Part shown: in pieces, positions 60,390 to 64,000 of the stretch
Position numbering within the stretch: position 1 is the first letter of the stretch
Layout: every line of letters begins with the position of its first letter
Virus record (IMG/VR): IMGVR_UViG_2671180747_000017
Origin: a virus
Lineage: Duplodnaviria; Heunggongvirae; Uroviricota; Caudoviricetes
Length of the DNA stretch: 64,000 nt
Strand: one strand, 5' to 3'
Program-made: the position numbers and the translations under genes
Notes under the pieces: model-generated
What the model was told of the DNA's origin: nothing
The model's input: only the letters and a program-made list of their open reading frames with translations
Database searches by the model: none

Positions 60390-60727
60390 CGCGGGAAATG
60401 CAGTTTGTCATGCGGCTTGCCCGGGAGTTCCGGCGGGCAGACTGGCGGCGGATGCTGTCGGAAATGTCGGCCACTGAGCTTGGTGAGTGGGGCGATTATT
60501 TCCGGATGCAGAGCTTCAGTGATGTGTGGATGGATGCGCAGTTTGCCTCGCTGAAGGCATTGATCGTGAGAATGGTGTCCGGCAGCAGTGATGCTGCGGT
60601 GGCTGATTTCAGCCTTTTACCGGAAGAGAACGGGATACCGGAGCGAACGGACGAAGAACTGATGCATCTTGGGGAAGGTATTTCCGGAGGTGTGCGTTAT
60701 GGACCAGATAGCCAACCTGGTCATTGA
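60365..60727 (+). CDS. T segment of tail assembly chaperone GT, -1 frame relative to G (programmed frameshift product)
   Basis: The -1 frame is open from 60365, overlapping the last 8 codons of G; candidate slip site GGAAAAG at 60377-60383. Confidence 0.5.
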   Translation, partial: GADAGKVLTREMQFVMRLAREFRRADWRRMLSEMSATELGEWGDYFRMQSFSDVWMDAQFASLKALIVRMVSGSSDAAVADFSLLPEENGIPERTDEELMHLGEGISGGVRYGPDSQPGH

Positions 60728-63700
60728 TTTGGGGATTGATGCGGCAGAGTTTAAAAATGAAATTCCCCGTATCAAAAACCTTCTGAATGGTGCAGCCAGC
60801 GATGCAGAACGGTCTTCTGCCCGTATGCAGCGTTTTATGGAGCGTCAGACTCAGGCCGCCCGGCAGACAACGCAGGCAGCTTCTTCGGCTGCAACAGCCG
60901 CATCCGTCCATGCGCAGACGGTGGAGAAGAACGCACAGGCTCATGAACGCATGGCCCGCGAGGTGGAGAAAACCCGCCAGCGCATGGAGGCACTGAGCCA
61001 GAAAATGCGCGAGGAACAGGCGCAGGCCATGGCTCTGGCGGAGGTTCAGGATAAAGCGGCTGCTGCGTTTTATCGTCAGATTGACAGTGTGAAACAGGCC
61101 AGTGCGGGGCTGCAGGAATTACAGCGTATTCAGCAGCAGATCCGACAGGCCAGAAACAGTGGCGGGATTGGTCAGCAGGATTATCTGGCGCTGATTTCTG
61201 AGGTTACTGCGAAAACCCGTGTTCTTACACAGGCTGAGGAAGAGGCTACCCGACAGAAAGTGGCGTTTATCCGTCAGCTTAAAGAGCAGGCAACCCGCCT
61301 GAATCTTTCATCTTCTGAGTTGCTTCGTGCTAAGGCAGCCCAGCTGGGGGTAAGCAGTGCTGCAGAAGTGTATATCCGCAAAATGGAGCAGGCAGGAAAA
61401 GCCACGCATTCGCTGGGTCTGAAAAGTGCATCAGCCCGCCAGGAGATAGGCGTTCTGATAGGTGAACTGGCCCGCGGCAATTTAGGGGCGCTGAGGGGAT
61501 CCGGGATAACGCTGGCTAACCGTGCCGGATGGATAGACACACTGATGTCACCGAAAGGCATGATGCTTGGCGGGGTTATTGGCGGTATTGCCGCGGCCGT
61601 CTATGGTCTGGGTAAAGCCTGGTATGACGGTCAGAAGGAGGGGGAAGAATTTAACCGCCAGTTGTCGCTGACGGGGCATTATGCCGGAGTCACTGCCGGG
61701 CAGCTGTGGACGCTCAGTCGTGCTATTTCCGGGAATGGTATCACGCAACATGCTGCAGCCGGTGCGCTGGCTCAGGTGGTGGGGAGTGGTGCATTTCGTG
61801 GAAACGATATCGGTATGGTGGCGAGAGCTGCCGCACAGATGGAGCGATCGGTTGGCCAGTCGGTCAGCGATACCATAAATCAGTTTAAGCGGCTGAAGGA
61901 TGATCCTGTAAATGCCGCGAAGGCTCTGGACAATGAGCTGCATTTTCTTACTGCCACTCAGCTTGAGCAGATACGCGTCCTTGGGGAGCAGGGGCGGTCC
62001 AGTGATGCTGCACGGATAGCCATGTCTGCACTGGCAGAGGAAACCGGTCGGCGTACTGCGGATATTGATAATAACCTCAATGCGCTTGGCAGTACGCTGA
62101 AGTATCTGTCTGATTTGTGGAGTCGTTTCTGGGATGCGGCCATGAATATTGGTCGTGAAGACTCGCTGGATGAACAGATTGCCGCTTTACAGGAGAAAGT
62201 GTCGCGGGCGAAAAGACTCCCCTGGACGGCATCATCTTCTCAGGTTGAATACGATCAGCAGCGTCTTAACGATCTTCAGGAGAAAAAACGCCAGAAGGAT
62301 TTGCAGGATGCAAAAGAGCAGGCAGAGCGGAATTATCAGGAGCAACAGAAACGCCGTAATGCTGAAAATGCTGCACTGAACCGGATGAATGAAACGGAAG
62401 CAGCACGACATCAGCGTGAAATTGCGCGTATTAATGCCATGCAGTACGCCGATCAGGCTGTCAGGGATGCGGCGATACAACGTGAAAATGAACGTTACGA
62501 GAAAGCCCTGGCATCCGGTAAGAAAAAAACACGCGAAACCCGTAATGATGAGGCCACCCGGTTATTGCTGCAGTACAGTCAGCAACAGGCACAGGTGGAA
62601 GGACAGATTGCTGCTGCCAGACAGTCAGCAGGCATTGCCACGGAAAGGATGACAGAAGCGCATAAACAGCTTCTGGCTCTGCAGCAGCGCATCAGCGACC
62701 TGGACGGGAAAAAACTTACGGCAGATGAAAAGAGTGTGCTGGCCCGTAAAGATGAACTGATTCAGGCACTGACGCTGCTGGATGTAAAACAGCAGGAGCT
62801 TCAGAAACAGACGGCACTCAACGAGCTGAAGAAAAAAACAATTCAGCTGACCAGTCAACTGGCTGAAGAAGAGCGCGCTCAGCGTCAGCAACATGACCTG
62901 GATATCGCCACGGTGGGTATGGGTGATCAGCAGCGACAGCGATATCAGGTACAACTGAGTCTTCGCCAGAAATACCAGCAACAGCTGGAGCAGTTGAGGC
63001 GGGATAGTGAGCAGAAAGGGACATATAACACGGATGACTACAGAAAGGCCGAGCAGGCGCTGACGGAGAGCCTGAACCGACAACTGAATGAGAATCGCCG
63101 TTACTGGCAACAGCTTGAAGTTGTGCAGGGTAACTGGAAAAACGGAGTCCTGCGTGCATTTCAGGATTTTACCGTGGATGCAGATAATACGGCAGAAACA
63201 GCAGAACAGGTGTTCTCGTCAGCCTTCAGCAACATGGGAAATGGCCTGGCAACTTTTGTCACTACCGGCAAACTCAATTTCAAATCCTTCACCTCTTCTG
63301 TGCTGTCAGATATGGCGAAAATCCTGGCGCAGGCAACCATGATGAAATCGATAAAAGGGATTGGCAGTGTACTGGGATTTGATCTCAGCAGCCTTTCCCT
63401 GAATGCCAATGGGGGGATTTATCAGTCTGCTGATTTGAGTCGTTACAGTGGCACGGTGGTTAACCGTCCGACGTTTTTTGCTTTTGCAAAAGGCGCGGGT
63501 GTGATGGGGGAAGCGGGACCTGAAGCCATTCTGCCATTGCGTCGTGGTGCTGACGGTAAGCTGGGGGTTGTGGCGGATATTGGGGGTTCAGGTATGGCGA
63601 TGTTTTCCCCGCAGTACAACATCGAGATCAATAACGATGGCACGAACGGGCAGATAGGTCCGGCTGCCCTGAAGGCGGTTTATGACCTCGGGAAAAAAGC

Positions 63701-63764
63701 GGCAGCGGACTTTATGCAACAGCAGGCCCGTGATGGTGGTCGGTTAAGTGGAGCATATCGGTAA
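60699..63764 (+). CDS. Tail tape measure protein (gpH-like), about 1021 aa
   Basis: GGAGG RBS; long coiled-coil Ala/Gln/Glu-rich protein downstream of G/T. Confidence 0.9.
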   Translation: MDQIANLVIDLGIDAAEFKNEIPRIKNLLNGAASDAERSSARMQRFMERQTQAARQTTQAASSAATAASVHAQTVEKNAQAHERMAREVEKTRQRMEALSQKMREEQAQAMALAEVQDKAAAAFYRQIDSVKQASAGLQELQRIQQQIRQARNSGGIGQQDYLALISEVTAKTRVLTQAEEEATRQKVAFIRQLKEQATRLNLSSSELLRAKAAQLGVSSAAEVYIRKMEQAGKATHSLGLKSASARQEIGVLIGELARGNLGALRGSGITLANRAGWIDTLMSPKGMMLGGVIGGIAAAVYGLGKAWYDGQKEGEEFNRQLSLTGHYAGVTAGQLWTLSRAISGNGITQHAAAGALAQVVGSGAFRGNDIGMVARAAAQMERSVGQSVSDTINQFKRLKDDPVNAAKALDNELHFLTATQLEQIRVLGEQGRSSDAARIAMSALAEETGRRTADIDNNLNALGSTLKYLSDLWSRFWDAAMNIGREDSLDEQIAALQEKVSRAKRLPWTASSSQVEYDQQRLNDLQEKKRQKDLQDAKEQAERNYQEQQKRRNAENAALNRMNETEAARHQREIARINAMQYADQAVRDAAIQRENERYEKALASGKKKTRETRNDEATRLLLQYSQQQAQVEGQIAAARQSAGIATERMTEAHKQLLALQQRISDLDGKKLTADEKSVLARKDELIQALTLLDVKQQELQKQTALNELKKKTIQLTSQLAEEERAQRQQHDLDIATVGMGDQQRQRYQVQLSLRQKYQQQLEQLRRDSEQKGTYNTDDYRKAEQALTESLNRQLNENRRYWQQLEVVQGNWKNGVLRAFQDFTVDADNTAETAEQVFSSAFSNMGNGLATFVTTGKLNFKSFTSSVLSDMAKILAQATMMKSIKGIGSVLGFDLSSLSLNANGGIYQSADLSRYSGTVVNRPTFFAFAKGAGVMGEAGPEAILPLRRGADGKLGVVADIGGSGMAMFSPQYNIEINNDGTNGQIGPAALKAVYDLGKKAAADFMQQQARDGGRLSGAYR

Positions 63765-64000
63765 TGGAGACGTTTCACTGGAAAGTGCGCCCGGATATGA
63801 ATGTGGTATCAGAGCCGAAAGTGGTGACAGTGAAGCTGGGCGATGGTTATGAACAGCGTCGTGCGGCGGGACTGAATAACCAGTTGTCGACTTACAGCGT
63901 GACGATACGTGTTCGTAAATGTGAACACCCATCTTTAAAAGCCTTTCTGGAACGGCACGGTGGCGTCCGTGCATTTCAGTGGACTGTAGTGGTCAAGTAA
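63764..64000 (+). CDS. Minor tail protein M-like
   Basis: METFHWKVRPDMNVVSEPKVV...GDGYEQRRAAGLNNQLSTYSVT parallels lambda gpM; ATGG overlap with H stop. Confidence 0.7.
   Translation: METFHWKVRPDMNVVSEPKVVTVKLGDGYEQRRAAGLNNQLSTYSVTIRVRKCEHPSLKAFLERHGGVRAFQWTVVVK

Noticed and set aside
61274-63409. Minus-strand ORFs within the tape measure gene
   Set aside because: Antisense to a 3-kb gene; composition-driven.

Overview
The window reads as an Escherichia-type chromosomal segment (ynfG-ynfF-ynfE-ynfD-ynfC-speG-ynfB-ynfA-rspA-rspB) carrying three separate mobile elements. (1) Positions 1 to about 15017 are the right-hand end of a lambdoid prophage (prophage A): three co-directional genes including a giant 2793-aa ORF with an HExxH zincin-like motif, then a minus-strand accessory block (DUF551-like, Ea22-like, TraR/DksA zinc finger, AntA-type antirepressor plus a truncated paralog). 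Its junction truncates ynfG after codon 28. (2) ynfE is split by a 6.65-kb island (18612-25268) bounded by an 11-bp direct repeat AGTTCCAGATG. The island carries a tyrosine integrase, clustered TGACACAA arm-type repeats at both ends, three tandem ~80-bp repeats, about eight small genes, and two plus-strand copies of TATCACTATAGGG(A/G)A, which matches the core of T7-group single-subunit RNA polymerase promoters. I consider this island the most interesting object in the window: a candidate phage satellite or infection-triggered island keyed to a T7-like phage. That is an inference from sequence, not a database-confirmed identification. (3) From about 31.9 kb to the window end is a Qin/Rac-like lambdoid prophage (prophage B) in canonical order: int, xis, exonuclease, DicA-like repressor with divergent Cro/YdaS-like gene, replication, QueH-like gene, hok, rem, ydfU, Q, cspB, pinholin/SAR-endolysin/spanins, cspI, gnsB, cos, terminase, portal, protease-capsid fusion, Z-U-V-G-T-H-M tail genes. 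No rRNA, tRNA or CRISPR array was seen. Coordinates taken from the ORF track are exact; start codons I refined and all non-ORF features were read by eye and may be off by a few bp. All homology statements are from memory of protein families, not from searches.
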